From Arsenophonus sp. (GTDB taxonomy: Bacteria > Pseudomonadota > Gammaproteobacteria > Enterobacterales > Enterobacteriaceae), in assembly GCA_031446105.1 (NCBI GenBank), contig CP132907.1, forward strand, positions 67,921-131,920: a stretch of 64,000 bases of DNA, given 5' to 3'. Positions 1-11,161 of the stretch are shown piece after piece. The notes under the pieces are model-generated. The model made no database searches and was not told the origin of the DNA. It worked only from the letters and a program-made list of their open reading frames with translations. The position numbers and the translations under genes were made by a program. Within the stretch, counting starts at the first letter, position 1; each line of letters starts with the position of its first letter.

Positions 1-1849
1 TGCTCCAAAATAAAGTTCCTATTTTATTTTATTTATTATAATAAAAATTCAATAAAAATTAAAAAATGATTTTACATATTGCAAGATATTTACTTTATAA
101 AAAGAATTATACTAAAAATTTATTAATATTTTTAAATAATCATGGTTTTATATATTCTCTTATATAAATACTGATATGTTATTATAAATAAATCATAATA
201 TTTTTTAACAAAAAAATGTAATTTCTTTTGTTGATTTTTTGTGATAATCATAATGAATAAAAAAAATATTTTTAATCAAAAGATTATTTATAATGAAATT
301 TTTGATTATTGATAATAAATTTTATAAAAATAATTTATTTTTGTATTTAAATATGCTTATAGAAATTAAATATTCTTTTTATAATTTTTTCTAAAAATTA
401 TTTTTTTAAATATTATTTAACGATTTATAGTCTATATAAAATAATTATATTTTATATAAAATAATAAATGAAATTTATAAAAGATTTGTATATATTAAAA
501 ATATAAATTATGTTATCGCTTTTTAAGCGTCTTTAATAATAAAAGTAATTAATATTAAAATAAAATATATCTTTTTTTAAAATGGGTAAAATGAATTATT
601 AAAGATAATTATTATTTTTTTATAAAAAATCAAGTATTATATTAATATAATTCTTAGATTTATAAAGGTTAATAATTATTGTGTTTTTATTTTATAAAAA
701 TGATATATTTTTGTAATATCAATTAAGTTATCTGCAATGATTTTTTTTAGATAAGGTTTAATTTGCATTTTATAAAAATGTATTAAACAAGAAATATTAA
801 TAATTTAAAAAATATTTAAGGATTATATCTAAAGATTTAGCAGTATTTTTAAATATTTTTATTGATTTTGAATGGATAATTTCATGAATACAATATATAT
901 AATGTTGTATTAATAAAAATTTTTATAAAAGAAAAAATATGATTTTTTCATATATAATTAATTTTTTTTAAATTGTATAATCCAGAATATGTGTTCCAAA
1001 TATAAAAAACTGTTGTTTTTTTTATTTGTTTTTTGATATTTTTATTTTAGATTTTTTATTATATTTAATAATATAAAAAAATAATTTTTAGTATTTAAAG
1101 TAATTGAGTAACTATTTATTTTTTAGCATTCTTTGATAATATGTTTTAAGAATTAATATTTTTTGATTTGTTAATAATTTTGATATATTTTAGTAATTAT
1201 TTTAATTTATGTATTATAGAACATTTATAGATAATTTTTTGTTTTTTTAATAAAATAATAATGATTATAAAATATTTTTTAATATTCTTTAGTTAATAAA
1301 TTATTATTGAGCATTAGTTATTTTTATTAAAATAAAAAAGATATTAGTTATTTTTTAATAAGTATTCAGTATTTTATTTTAAAAATTTATTAAATTTATT
1401 AAATTTTATAGAATATAAAAAAATCATGTTAATAAAAAAAATATAAAAATAATAGAGTTTTATCTAAGATAAATCATAATAAATAATGTTTTTTTTGACA
1501 TAAAAGTTATGATTCTATTTTAAAAAAAGCAGAAATATTATAAAAATAATGTAAAAATGTATAGTAAAATGTTCTATATAAAATTATAGAAATTTAATTA
1601 AGATTTTTTTAATTATTTTATATTATAGAATAAATAATTCATATAATGAAAATAAATAAATATTATTAAATTAATAGTTTTTATAGTATGTAAAGAAAAT
1701 TATTTATTTTTTATAAAAAATAAAATTTGAGTATAAAATATTAGTATTTTAATTGTTTTTTTGTGCACAAAAGAGTAAAATATTTTTTTTATTAATTAAA
1801 TTTTTATTTAAATGATTTTAGTATTTTTTGAACTAATTAAGAGAATTTT

Positions 1850-2092
1850 ATGGTAATAATCCGTTTAGCTAGATGTGGTGCGAAAAAACGTCCATTTTAT
1901 CAAGTGGTTGTTACAGATAATCGTAATGCACGTGATGGTCGTTTTATTGAACGAATAGGTTTTTTTAACCCAATTGCATCAGGTCGAGCAAAAAAAATAT
2001 TTTTAAAATTAGATCGCATTGATTATTGGATTTCTGTAGGTGCACAAATTTCTAACCGTGTTTTCACGTTAATTAAACAACTAAAAAAATAG
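1850..2092 (+). CDS. rpsP: 30S ribosomal protein S16
   Basis: 80-aa [24 protein letters not shown]...[12 protein letters not shown] matches E. coli S16 ([21 protein letters not shown]...GRFIERVGFFNP, from memory). It is the first gene of the conserved rpsP-rimM-trmD-rplS operon. Confidence 0.97.
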   Translation: MVIIRLARCGAKKRPFYQVVVTDNRNARDGRFIERIGFFNPIASGRAKKIFLKLDRIDYWISVGAQISNRVFTLIKQLKK

Positions 2093-2107
2093 TTTATTTT
2101 TTTATAT

Positions 2108-2649
2108 ATGATTAAAAAAAAAATATCAATTTAATTCATCCAATTGTATTAGGAAGATTAGGTTCAACATATGGAGTTAATGGTTGGATGAAAGTATTTT
2201 CATTTACTGAAAATATTCAAGATATTTTTAATTATCAACCATGGTTTGTTAAATTGTTCAAAGAATGGTACAAATTAGAAATAGAAGATTGGAAATATGA
2301 TAATAAAAATATTTTTATAAAATTTAAAAATATTTATGATAAAGAACATGCTAATTTAATGATTAATTATAAAATTATAGTAGATTCAGCACAGTTTCCT
2401 ATTCTTAAAAATGGTGAATACTATTGGAAAGATTTGATTGGTTGTAAAATTTTTAATACTCAAAGTTATTATTTGGGTTGTGTAACAAATTTAATTGTAA
2501 CAGGAGCAAATGATGTATTAATATCAAAAAACTTTAAAGATTTTTTTGGAATTAAAGAAAGACTAATACCATTTATTTATAAAAAAGTTATAAAGAAAGT
2601 TGATATTAATACTAAAATAATTCAAGTAGACTGGGATCCAAGTTTTTAA
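2108..2649 (+). CDS. rimM: 16S rRNA processing protein RimM, reading frame interrupted at an A10 tract
   Basis: The ORF from ATG 2188 matches RimM ([41 protein letters not shown]). The same frame upstream of that ATG encodes [22 protein letters not shown], matching E. coli PIVLGKMGSSYGIRGW, but it is closed by TAA at 2113-2115. The only upstream ATG (2108) is in another frame and joins across A10 (2114-2123) if one A is added. Length is 542 nt, i.e. 2 mod 3. Confidence 0.8.
2114..2123 (+). repeat. A10 homopolymer at the rimM frame break
   Basis: Ten consecutive A counted directly (attAAAAAAAAAAtatc). An eleventh A gives [16 protein letters not shown]... Confidence 0.9.
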
Positions 2650-2680
2650 AGATTTTTTAAATATTTTTAGTGGAAAAATT

Positions 2681-3423
2681 ATGTGGATTTGGACTATTAG
2701 CTTATTTCCTAAAATGTTTCATGCAATAACAAATTATGGCATAACAAGTCGTGCAATAAAAAAAAAACTATTGAGAATAGAGTGCTCTGATTTAAGAGAT
2801 TATGCTCATGATAAAAGACGTACTGTAGATGATCGTCCTTATGGTGGAGGGCCGGGAATGTTAATGATGTTTCAACCTATTAGGGATGCAATTAATACCG
2901 CAAAATCTTTTATGGGTCGGGATGCTACAGTGATTTATCTTTCACCACAAGGTAGAAAACTAAATCAAAAAGGTATTTTTGAATTATTATTAAAAAAAAA
3001 ATTATTTTAATATGTGGTCGATATCAAGGTATAGATCAAAGAATTATTGAAAGTGAAATTAATGAAGAATGGTCAATAGGTAATTATGTTCTTACTGGTG
3101 GAGAATTAGCTGCAATGGTAATGATTGACGCTATTTCTCGTTTTATTCCTGGTGTTTTAGGTCATAAGCAATCAGCAGCAGAAGATTCTTTTATAACAGG
3201 ATTATTTAATCCACCTTATTATACACGTCCTAAATCATTAGACAACATGGTAGTGCCTGATGTTTTGTTGTCTGGTAATCATAATAAAATTCACCGTTGG
3301 AAAAAAAAACAGGCATTAGGATGTACTTGGCTTAAAAGACCTAAACTTTTGATAAATTTAAAATTAACTCAAGAACAAAAAATGTTGTTATTAGAATTTC
3401 AACAGGAGTATAAAAAAAAATAA
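2681..3423 (+). CDS. trmD: tRNA (guanine37-N1)-methyltransferase TrmD, reading frame interrupted at an A10 tract
   Basis: ORF 2681-3010 matches the TrmD N-terminal half ([30 protein letters not shown]). ORF 3115-3423 matches the C-terminal half ([26 protein letters not shown]). The frame of the second ORF is open back to 3001 and encodes [38 protein letters not shown] (E. coli [38 protein letters not shown]). The two frames meet at A10 (2992-3001). Length is 743 nt, i.e. 2 mod 3. Confidence 0.87.
2992..3001 (+). repeat. A10 homopolymer at the trmD frame break
   Basis: Ten consecutive A (ttaAAAAAAAAAAtta). One extra A gives ...[17 protein letters not shown]... Confidence 0.9.
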
Positions 3424-3496
3424 TAATATATTTTATAAAATTAATAATATATTTAATATATATTTTTTGTAATGGTTTTTTTGAAAAAAGGTAACT

Positions 3497-3850
3497 ATGA
3501 ATAATATTATTCAAGAATTTGAAAAAGAACAAATAAAAAATTGTATTCCATTATTTAGACCAGGTGATTCTATAGAAGTTAAAGCGTGGGTCGTGGAAGG
3601 TTCTAAAAAAAGGTTACAGGCATTTGAAGGTTTAGTAATTGCTATGCGTAATCGTGGTTTTCAATCTTCATTTACTTTAAGAAAAATTTCAAATGGAGAA
3701 GGTATTGAAAGAGTATTTCAAACTTATTCACCAATTATAGATAGTATTATTGTAAAACGGTATGGCGTTGTGCGTAGGGCTAAATTATATTATTTAAGAG
3801 GGCGTTCTGGAAAAACAGCTCGTATTAAAGAACGTCTTAATATCAAGTAA
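3497..3850 (+). CDS. rplS: 50S ribosomal protein L19
   Basis: 117-aa ORF with typical L19 motifs ([42 protein letters not shown]). It is the last gene of the rpsP operon. Confidence 0.97.
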   Translation: MNNIIQEFEKEQIKNCIPLFRPGDSIEVKAWVVEGSKKRLQAFEGLVIAMRNRGFQSSFTLRKISNGEGIERVFQTYSPIIDSIIVKRYGVVRRAKLYYLRGRSGKTARIKERLNIK

Positions 3851-4156
3851 TTTTTATTTTTTAAAAAAAATTGTATTTGAAAAATCAAGATAGTCTAATA
3901 ATATCAAATTGCTATGTTTTTAAATTTTTCTTATGAGAAATTTTAGTAAATTTTGTGTTTTATTTATATAATAAATTTATTAATTTCAAAAGATTGATAT
4001 TTTGATTTTTTTATAAAGTTATATTTTTATCTTATTTTAAAAAAAATAATTTTAATAAATGTTATATATAAAAAAGAAAAATAATTTTTTTTAAACAATA
4101 TAAATTATTTAAGCATAAAGTAAATAAATGTTATTGGAATATAAGGTAGATTAATT

Positions 4157-4426
4157 TTGTTAGAATTATTAAAATTACGTAAAAAAATAGATAAAATTGA
4201 TACATTATTATTAAAATTATTAGCAAAAAGAATAAAATTAGCAACGATAATTGGCGAAATTAAATGGAAAAAAGGATTGCCAATTTGTGAAAGAGAACGT
4301 GAAAATAAAATTTTGGAATTACGACGTAAAGAAGCACAAAAAATAGGTATTTCAGCTGATTTAATAGAAGATATTTTACGTCGTATTATATGTGAATCTT
4401 ATAAGTATGAACAAAAAAAAATATAA
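4157..4426 (+). CDS. tyrA: stand-alone chorismate mutase domain (N-terminal fragment of tyrA; the prephenate dehydrogenase domain is missing)
   Basis: 89 codons with a TTG start, AAGG 10 nt upstream and an in-frame TAA at 4142. LELLKLRKKIDKIDTLLLKLLAKRIKLATIIGEIKWKKGLPI...DLIEDILRRIICESYKYEQKK aligns without gaps to E. coli TyrA residues ~4-92 ([42 protein letters not shown]...DLIEDVLRRVMRESYSSENDK). It sits at the syntenic tyrA position between rplS and bamD. No ORF or recognisable similarity follows it. Confidence 0.72.
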   Translation: MLELLKLRKKIDKIDTLLLKLLAKRIKLATIIGEIKWKKGLPICERERENKILELRRKEAQKIGISADLIEDILRRIICESYKYEQKKI

Positions 4427-5326
4427 ACATGTATTTTTTTATTTTTATGATAAATTTATTAAATAAAATTTTTTATTTTTATTTTTTACTAATATTTATT
4501 TAAAAATTTTTTATTGTCTCTTAAAGTATATTGTGCAGTAATATTTTTATAAGTGATAATACGTTTATTTTACTTTAAGTTATTTTTTTCAAAAATTAAA
4601 TTATTTTTTCTCAAAACAATAAATATTTATATTTGTTAATTATTAATTAATAATTATTATAAAGTTTTTAAAATTTTATTGCTTGTTATTTTTTATATAT
4701 TTTTTTAGAGAACATCTTTTGAATATAAAATAAAATTACATTATGTAAAATTAGCAAAAAATTTAATTATCTATATTTGATTTTAAAAATTATATTTTTA
4801 TTGATTATTTTTACTTGGTTTATCAAATTTAAAAAAAATAAATATTAAAATAAAAAGATATCATTTTATGCTATATACTTATATTATATATAAATTTAAT
4901 TTTTTATTTTATATATAAACAAACAATAATTTTATTAAAAAATATTTTAATTTTTATCTGTATTATTATTCTTTTTGTTTTAAAAGATCTTTAAAATAAA
5001 TAATTATCAAATATAAAATTACATTTTTTTAATTAATGAAAATCTGGTAATTATTTCTTTATAACTATTTTCTATTATAAATAATTTTTTTTGTAGAAAT
5101 TTTTTATGATTTTTTTTAAATATTAAAAATTTTTATCATTTTTTTAAAAAAAATAATTATCTGTTAATTCATAAATGATATTTTAAAAAATTTAAAATTT
5201 TTAATAATAAATTTATTATATGTATTAAAAAATAAAAATGTCTTTATTATTTTTAATTATTTTCTAAATTAAGAAATATGTATTTTTAAATATAATATTT
5301 TATTTTTTTAGATTATTTCATATTTT

Positions 5327-6061
5327 TTATTTTTTAAAAGGATTCAGTATTAATTGAACTACTTTGTTTTTTTCATCTTCTAAACCTAATTTATCATAGG
5401 CGTTTTTCATATAATGCAATGCATTTCTTGTGTATTTGCTTTCTGGAAAATTTTTTAACATCTCTTCAGTGCGATTAATAATTGCAATGTAAGCACCACG
5501 TTTATTATAATATTGAATAATAGACAATTGATACTTAGCAAGTCTTTCTTTTATTAGGATTAAACGTTTTGCAGCATCCTTAATATAAACACTATTAGGA
5601 TAAGAATGAATAATTTGATTAAAACTCTTAAAAGCTGCGATAGCATATTGAGGATCTTTATCAGAATAATCAATACCAAAAAAATCTTGTAATGCATTTT
5701 TGTCTATTTTTTGTGCACTTAATCCTCGCATATATAAAACATAATCAATATTAGGATCATTTGGATTTGAGAGAATAAAATTATCAATTGTTTTAATGGC
5801 TAATAATAATTCTGATGATTTATAATAAGCATAAATTAAATCTAATTGAGCTTTTTTTTTATATAAACTTAATGGATAATTATTATATAATTGTTCTAAT
5901 AATTTTATAGCTCCTTTATAATTGTATTTTTTTAATTTATCTTGACTGCTTTTGTAAATACTATTTTGAGAATTTTCTGATATAATATTATTTCTGGAGC
6001 ATCCAATAACAAATAAATTAATCGTAATAAGTATTAATAGATATCGTAATTTTATTTTCAT
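5327..6061 (-). CDS. bamD: outer membrane protein assembly factor BamD (lipoprotein)
   Basis: 244 aa with lipobox FVIGCS. LDLIYAYYKS, NPNDPNIDYVLYMRGL, DKDPQY, YPNS.Y..DA.KRL...K.RLAKY match E. coli BamD. It is divergent from rluD as in E. coli. Confidence 0.93.
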   Translation of the reverse strand: MKIKLRYLLILITINLFVIGCSRNNIISENSQNSIYKSSQDKLKKYNYKGAIKLLEQLYNNYPLSLYKKKAQLDLIYAYYKSSELLLAIKTIDNFILSNPNDPNIDYVLYMRGLSAQKIDKNALQDFFGIDYSDKDPQYAIAAFKSFNQIIHSYPNSVYIKDAAKRLILIKERLAKYQLSIIQYYNKRGAYIAIINRTEEMLKNFPESKYTRNALHYMKNAYDKLGLEDEKNKVVQLILNPFKK

Positions 6062-6191
6062 TTATTTATTTCCTATAAATATTTTTATAAAATTTCTAAT
6101 TTTTGTTTAATGAATTTATATAATAATTATATATTTTAATTAAAAAATAGATATTTCAAATAAAACATAAATTTTTATTTTATTTATATAT

Positions 6192-7145
6192 ATGTTTAAA
6201 AAAATACAACTTAATGCAAAAATATTACCATCACAATTTTCTCAACGTTTAGATCAAGCACTAGTTATTTTATTTCCTAATTATTCTAGAACACAGATAA
6301 AAAAATGGATTTTAAATAATAGAGTTCAGGTTAATGGTAGATATATAAATATTCCAAAAAAAAAAGTTTTAGGTAATGAAAACATTTTAATCAATCTTTT
6401 GATTGAAAAAAAAATATCTTTAAAAGCAGAAAATATTCCTTTAAATATTATTTATGAAGATAATGCAATACTTGTTATTAATAAACCTTCAAATTTAGTT
6501 GTCCATCCTGGAATTAAAAATCCAAATGGAACATTATTAAATTCATTATTATTTCATTATCCTAAAATTATTAATGTTCCTAGAGCAGGTATAGTCCATA
6601 GATTAGATAAAGGTACTACAGGATTAATAGTGATTGCAAAAACAATAACTGCTCATTTTAATTTAAGTCAAGCTATAAAAAATAGAAAAGTTATACGTGA
6701 ATATGATGCTGTGGTAAATGGTCTTATGCAATATAATGGGACAGTAAATCAGCCAGTTGCTCGTCACCCTATTAAACGTATATATATGTTCATTCATAAA
6801 GCTGGAAAACCTGCTATTACGCATTATAAAATAGCAGAAAAGTTTCGTATACATACTAGAATAAAATTAAGATTAGAGACAGGTAGGAAGCATCAAATTC
6901 GTGTTCATATGGCATATATTAATCATCATATAGTTGGTGATCCTGTATATCATGGCTCAATTCGATCATTAAAAGGTTTTTCTAAATCATTTATAAGAAT
7001 GCTTAAAAAATTCAATCATCAGGCACTTCATGCTAGAAAGTTGCGTTTGTATCATCCTATAACAGGTAATTTAATGGAATGGTATGTAGATCCTCCAGAA
7101 GATATGCTGATGTTAATTGATATGCTTAAGAAAGATTCATTGTAA
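6192..7145 (+). CDS. rluD: 23S rRNA pseudouridine synthase RluD
   Basis: 317 aa. Has the S4-like N-terminus (QRLDQAL...), IIYEDNAILVINKP, the catalytic HRLDKGTTGLIVIAKT, LETGRKHQIRVHMA and QALHARKLRLYHPI. Confidence 0.95.
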   Translation: MFKKIQLNAKILPSQFSQRLDQALVILFPNYSRTQIKKWILNNRVQVNGRYINIPKKKVLGNENILINLLIEKKISLKAENIPLNIIYEDNAILVINKPSNLVVHPGIKNPNGTLLNSLLFHYPKIINVPRAGIVHRLDKGTTGLIVIAKTITAHFNLSQAIKNRKVIREYDAVVNGLMQYNGTVNQPVARHPIKRIYMFIHKAGKPAITHYKIAEKFRIHTRIKLRLETGRKHQIRVHMAYINHHIVGDPVYHGSIRSLKGFSKSFIRMLKKFNHQALHARKLRLYHPITGNLMEWYVDPPEDMLMLIDMLKKDSL

Positions 7146-7749
7146 ATAAGTAAAATAAAAAAATAATATTAATATAAAATATTAATATATTTATTATTTT
7201 ATTAATAAAAATCTTTAGATTTTTTTTATAAAAATTGTATTTTTAATAAAAAATTTTGAATGGTAAAAATTAAAATTTAAATATAAAATATTTATTAATT
7301 TTTTATTTATTTTTAAATTGATATTTAAATTAATTGATAATATTTGTATTATAATTTTGTAAAAAAATAATTTTTTTATATAAAATTTATTTATTTTTTT
7401 AATAAAAATGCTTTTTATACATGTATCGACTATTTTATTTTAAATAAAAGATAAGAAACAAGTATTTTTATTATTAAATATTGTAATTTTTTTATAAAAA
7501 GATATTTTTTATGATAAAATAAATTTAGATAAAACATTTATTGTTAAATAAATTTTAGTATTTATTTTTATGTAATTTACAAAAAAATTATAAGAAAATA
7601 TTTTGAGAATTAATATAAAGAATAATATTCATATTTTTATAAATTAATAAAATTATTGTATAATAAATATATTTTTTATAAAAAATGATTTATATAAAAA
7701 TATTACAATATTTTTTATAGATTTTTTTGATTATCTTTTGGAGATTTTT

Positions 7750-10323
7750 ATGTATTTTGATCGTTTTACAAATAAATTAAAAGATGCATTAATTAATGCT
7801 CAATCTTTAGCGATTAAACAAGATAATCAATTTATTGAACCGGTGCATTTATTGGTTGCTTTATTGGAACAAGAAGAGAGTATTGTTAAGTTTTTATTGA
7901 CTTCAATAGGTATCAAAATTAGAAATTTAAATAATCAGTTAAATGATATTTTAAATTCTTTACCACAAGTTCATGGAGTTATTTCTGATGTTCAACCATC
8001 AAATGATCTTATTCGTCATTTAAATTTATGTGATAAATTAGCACAAAAAAAAGGTGATCAGTTTATTTCGTCAGAGATATTTCTTTTAGCAATTTTTGAT
8101 GCAAAAACTTTTCTTACTGATAAATTTAGAAATTTAAAAATTAGTAAAGAAGATATAGAAAAGGCGATTTTATTAATGCGTGCTGGAAATAATATTAATA
8201 AAAAAAGTGCTGAAGATCAGCGTAATGCACTTAAAAAATATGCAATAGATTTAACTCAAAAGGCTGAAGAAGGAAAACTTGATCCTGTTATTGGACGTGA
8301 TGAAGAAATTAGAAGAACTATACAAGTGCTTCAGCGTAGAACAAAAAATAATCCAGTTTTAATAGGAGAACCTGGAGTGGGAAAGACAGCTATTGTTGAA
8401 GGTCTTGCTCAAAGAATTGTTAATACTGAAGTACCTGAAGGTTTAAAAAACAAACGTGTTTTTTCATTGGATATGGGTAGTTTACTTGCAGGAACAAAAT
8501 ATCGTGGTGAATTTGAAGAACGTTTGAAATCAGTTTTAAGTGATCTCAATAAAAAAGAAGGTAATGTTATATTATTTATTGATGAACTGCATACTATGGT
8601 TGGAGCAGGTAAATCTGAAGGTGCCATGGATGCTGGTAATATGTTAAAACCAGCATTAGCAAAAGGAGAATTACATTGTGTCGGTGCTACAACATTAGAT
8701 GAATATCATAAATATATAGAAAAAGATGCAGCATTAGAACGTCGTTTTCAAAAAGTTTATATTGTGGAACCAACTGTAGAAGATACAATAGCGATTTTAA
8801 GAGGATTAAAAGAACGTTACGAATTACATCATCATGTTCAAATTACAGATCCTGCTATTGTCGCAGCAGCGAATTTATCTAATCGTTATATTTCTGATCG
8901 TATGTTACCAGATAAAGCAATAGATTTAATTGATGAAGCTGGAGCAAGTTTGCGAATGCAAATGGATTCTAAACCGGAATTATTAGATCGTTTAGAACGT
9001 CGAGTTATGCAATTAAAACTTGAACAAGAAGCTTTGAAAAAAGAATTGGATAAAGATAGTAAAAAACGTTTAAAAATGTTACAAGAAAAATTAATAGAAA
9101 AAGAAAAAGAATATTTGGAATTAGAAAAAAAATGGAATGCTGAAAAAGTAGAACTAACAAATACACAAGATATAAAATCGAGATTAGAAAATGCACGTAT
9201 AAGTTTAGAACAAGCTCGTCGTATTAGTGATTTAGCTAAAATGTCAAAATTACAGTATGGAGAAATTCCAGAATTAGAAAAACAACTTTCATTAGCAACT
9301 AGTGTTGAAAATAAACCCATGAAGTTATTACGAAATAAAGTTACTGATATTGAAATTGCAGAAATTGTAGCACGGTGGACAGGAATTCCTGTAATTAAAA
9401 TGTTAAAAAATGAACGTGAAAAATTATTGCATATGGAAGAAGAACTTCATAAATGTGTTATTGGACAAAACGAAGCAGTAAATGCTGTATCAAATGCTAT
9501 TCGTCGTAGTCGAGCTGGTTTATCGGATCCTAATCGTCCTATTGGTTCTTTTTTATTTTTAGGTCCAACCGGTGTTGGTAAAACTGAGTTATGTAAAGCA
9601 CTTGCAAATTTTTTATTTAATAGTGATAATGCTATAATACGTATTGATATGTCAGAATTTATGGAAAAACATGTTATTTCAAGATTAGTTGGAGCACCTC
9701 CAGGTTATATAGGATATGAAGAAGGTGGTTACTTAACAGAAGCAATAAGAAGACGTCCTTATTCTGTTATTTTACTTGATGAAATCGAAAAAGCACATCC
9801 AGATGTTTTCAATATTTTATTGCAAGTTCTTGATGATGGAAGATTAACAGATGGGCATGGTCAGACAGTAGATTTTCGTAATACTGTTGTTATTATGACG
9901 TCTAATTTAGGTTCTGATTTAATTCAAGAACGTTTTGAAACTTTTTCTTATGATAATATAAAAGAAATTGTTATGAAAGTAGTCGGCCTTAGTTTTCGTC
10001 CAGAATTTATTAATCGTATTGATGAAGTTGTTGTATTTCATCCATTAAATCAAATACAAATTAAAAATATTGCAAAAATACAATTATCACGTTTATATAA
10101 ACGATTAGAAGAACAAGGTTATAAAATAACTATTACTTCAGAAGCTTTAGAAAAGTTAGTCGAGATAGGATTTGATCCGATATTTGGTGCTCGTCCTTTA
10201 AAACGTACAATTCAACATAAGATAGAAAATATGTTAGCTGAAAAAGTATTATCTAATGCACTATTGCAAGGAAAATTGATAACACTAGATTTTAAAGAAA
10301 ATAGTTTTGTTGCTATTCAATAA
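7750..10323 (+). CDS. clpB: chaperone/disaggregase ClpB
   Basis: Near-colinear with E. coli ClpB. Two AAA+ modules are present ([18 protein letters not shown]; [19 protein letters not shown]; [25 protein letters not shown]). I moved the start from TTG 7738 to ATG 7750 because GGAG (7740-7743) lies 6 nt upstream and E. coli begins MRLDRLTNK versus MYFDRFTNK here. Confidence 0.97.
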   Translation: MYFDRFTNKLKDALINAQSLAIKQDNQFIEPVHLLVALLEQEESIVKFLLTSIGIKIRNLNNQLNDILNSLPQVHGVISDVQPSNDLIRHLNLCDKLAQKKGDQFISSEIFLLAIFDAKTFLTDKFRNLKISKEDIEKAILLMRAGNNINKKSAEDQRNALKKYAIDLTQKAEEGKLDPVIGRDEEIRRTIQVLQRRTKNNPVLIGEPGVGKTAIVEGLAQRIVNTEVPEGLKNKRVFSLDMGSLLAGTKYRGEFEERLKSVLSDLNKKEGNVILFIDELHTMVGAGKSEGAMDAGNMLKPALAKGELHCVGATTLDEYHKYIEKDAALERRFQKVYIVEPTVEDTIAILRGLKERYELHHHVQITDPAIVAAANLSNRYISDRMLPDKAIDLIDEAGASLRMQMDSKPELLDRLERRVMQLKLEQEALKKELDKDSKKRLKMLQEKLIEKEKEYLELEKKWNAEKVELTNTQDIKSRLENARISLEQARRISDLAKMSKLQYGEIPELEKQLSLATSVENKPMKLLRNKVTDIEIAEIVARWTGIPVIKMLKNEREKLLHMEEELHKCVIGQNEAVNAVSNAIRRSRAGLSDPNRPIGSFLFLGPTGVGKTELCKALANFLFNSDNAIIRIDMSEFMEKHVISRLVGAPPGYIGYEEGGYLTEAIRRRPYSVILLDEIEKAHPDVFNILLQVLDDGRLTDGHGQTVDFRNTVVIMTSNLGSDLIQERFETFSYDNIKEIVMKVVGLSFRPEFINRIDEVVVFHPLNQIQIKNIAKIQLSRLYKRLEEQGYKITITSEALEKLVEIGFDPIFGARPLKRTIQHKIENMLAEKVLSNALLQGKLITLDFKENSFVAIQ

Positions 10324-11161
10324 TTATATTAAGTATTTTATATAATTTTTTTATTTTTATTTTTTTATAATTTTTAATTTTGTTTTGTTTATTTGTAAAT
10401 ATTATTTTGATAATCAAATTATGATAATTCTAAATTTTTATGGATTTGAATATTAAAAATAAATATGATATAAATATTTGCAAAAAAGTTTAATTGATAA
10501 GTTATTTATATTTTTTTTGGCTACAATGTTGTTTTATTTATTTCTGAATATATTTTTTATATTTTTTACAGAATATTTTAATTTTAAAGTAATACACATA
10601 ATTTTAAATAGAAAATAATTTTATATAGAATTTATATTTTTTGATTAATATATATTTTTTTAAAACACGTATTTTTTGTTTGAAGAAAAATAAATTATTT
10701 TCTAAGAAGAATGTAAAAAATATTATATAATATTTTAATTGAATATTCTTATCTTTTAAATGGTATTTAAATATATTAAAAAAATATTGCTTTAATATTT
10801 CTTGTATAATAAAATCATATTTATAGAAAATTTTATTTAATTTATTTTTATTTTCATTAAAATAATAGAATTAAAATAAATAATTTTATTTAAAAAAACA
10901 AAAACAAAAACTATATATCTTCTTTTAATTAAAAAATATTTCATATATATTTATATCAATAAAATTACTGAATTAATTTTTCACAAGAAATAACAAAGAG
11001 ATTTATTATAAATTTATTGAAAGTATAATATAAATGATATAATAATGGTTAGTTTAATTTACTTATAGTAAATATTTTTAAAATAGACCAATATATTTGA
11101 TTTTTAAATTAATTAACAATAAAATTAGATATTCTAGAATATTAGAAGAAATAATTTAAAA

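Noticed and set aside
600-630. The palindromic motif TTTTATAAAA / TTTTTTATAAAAAA recurs in many spacers (for example near 611, 691, 1711, 7217, 7491, 7671, 11631, 14281, 19681 and 24561).
   Set aside because: It is a T-run followed by an A-run around TATA, which is favoured by homopolymer-rich AT drift. It shows no fixed distance to genes and no flanking conservation. A real over-representation test needs k-mer statistics that I cannot run.
1753-1781. There are sigma70-like promoter hexamers. TTGTTT-17 bp-TAAAAT lies upstream of rpsP, and TTCATA-17 bp-TATAAT lies at 14918-14946 upstream of the tRNA operon.
   Set aside because: TATAAT-like hexamers occur every few dozen bases in this composition. 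Without transcription-start data these are not supportable as features.
1-1849. I expected an ffh gene or relic upstream of rpsP, as in the E. coli order ffh-rpsP. I also considered a possible minus-strand SD (GGAG complement at 3-6) for a gene left of the window.
   Set aside because: No ORF and no translated trace of Ffh motifs (for example GLQGAGKTT) is visible in any frame. ffh is essentially universal, so it is probably elsewhere in the genome. The edge SD is uninterpretable without the flanking sequence.
3341-3532. A 63-aa minus-strand ORF spans the trmD end and the rplS start.
   Set aside because: It is antisense to two conserved genes and an AT-rich spacer. It is Ile/Phe/Lys-rich filler with no homology signal.
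8409-9320. Three minus-strand ORFs (8409-8627, 8886-9320, 9005-9196) lie inside clpB.
   Set aside because: They are antisense shadow ORFs within a strongly conserved gene. Their products are low-complexity (S/F/L/I-rich) with no recognisable motif.
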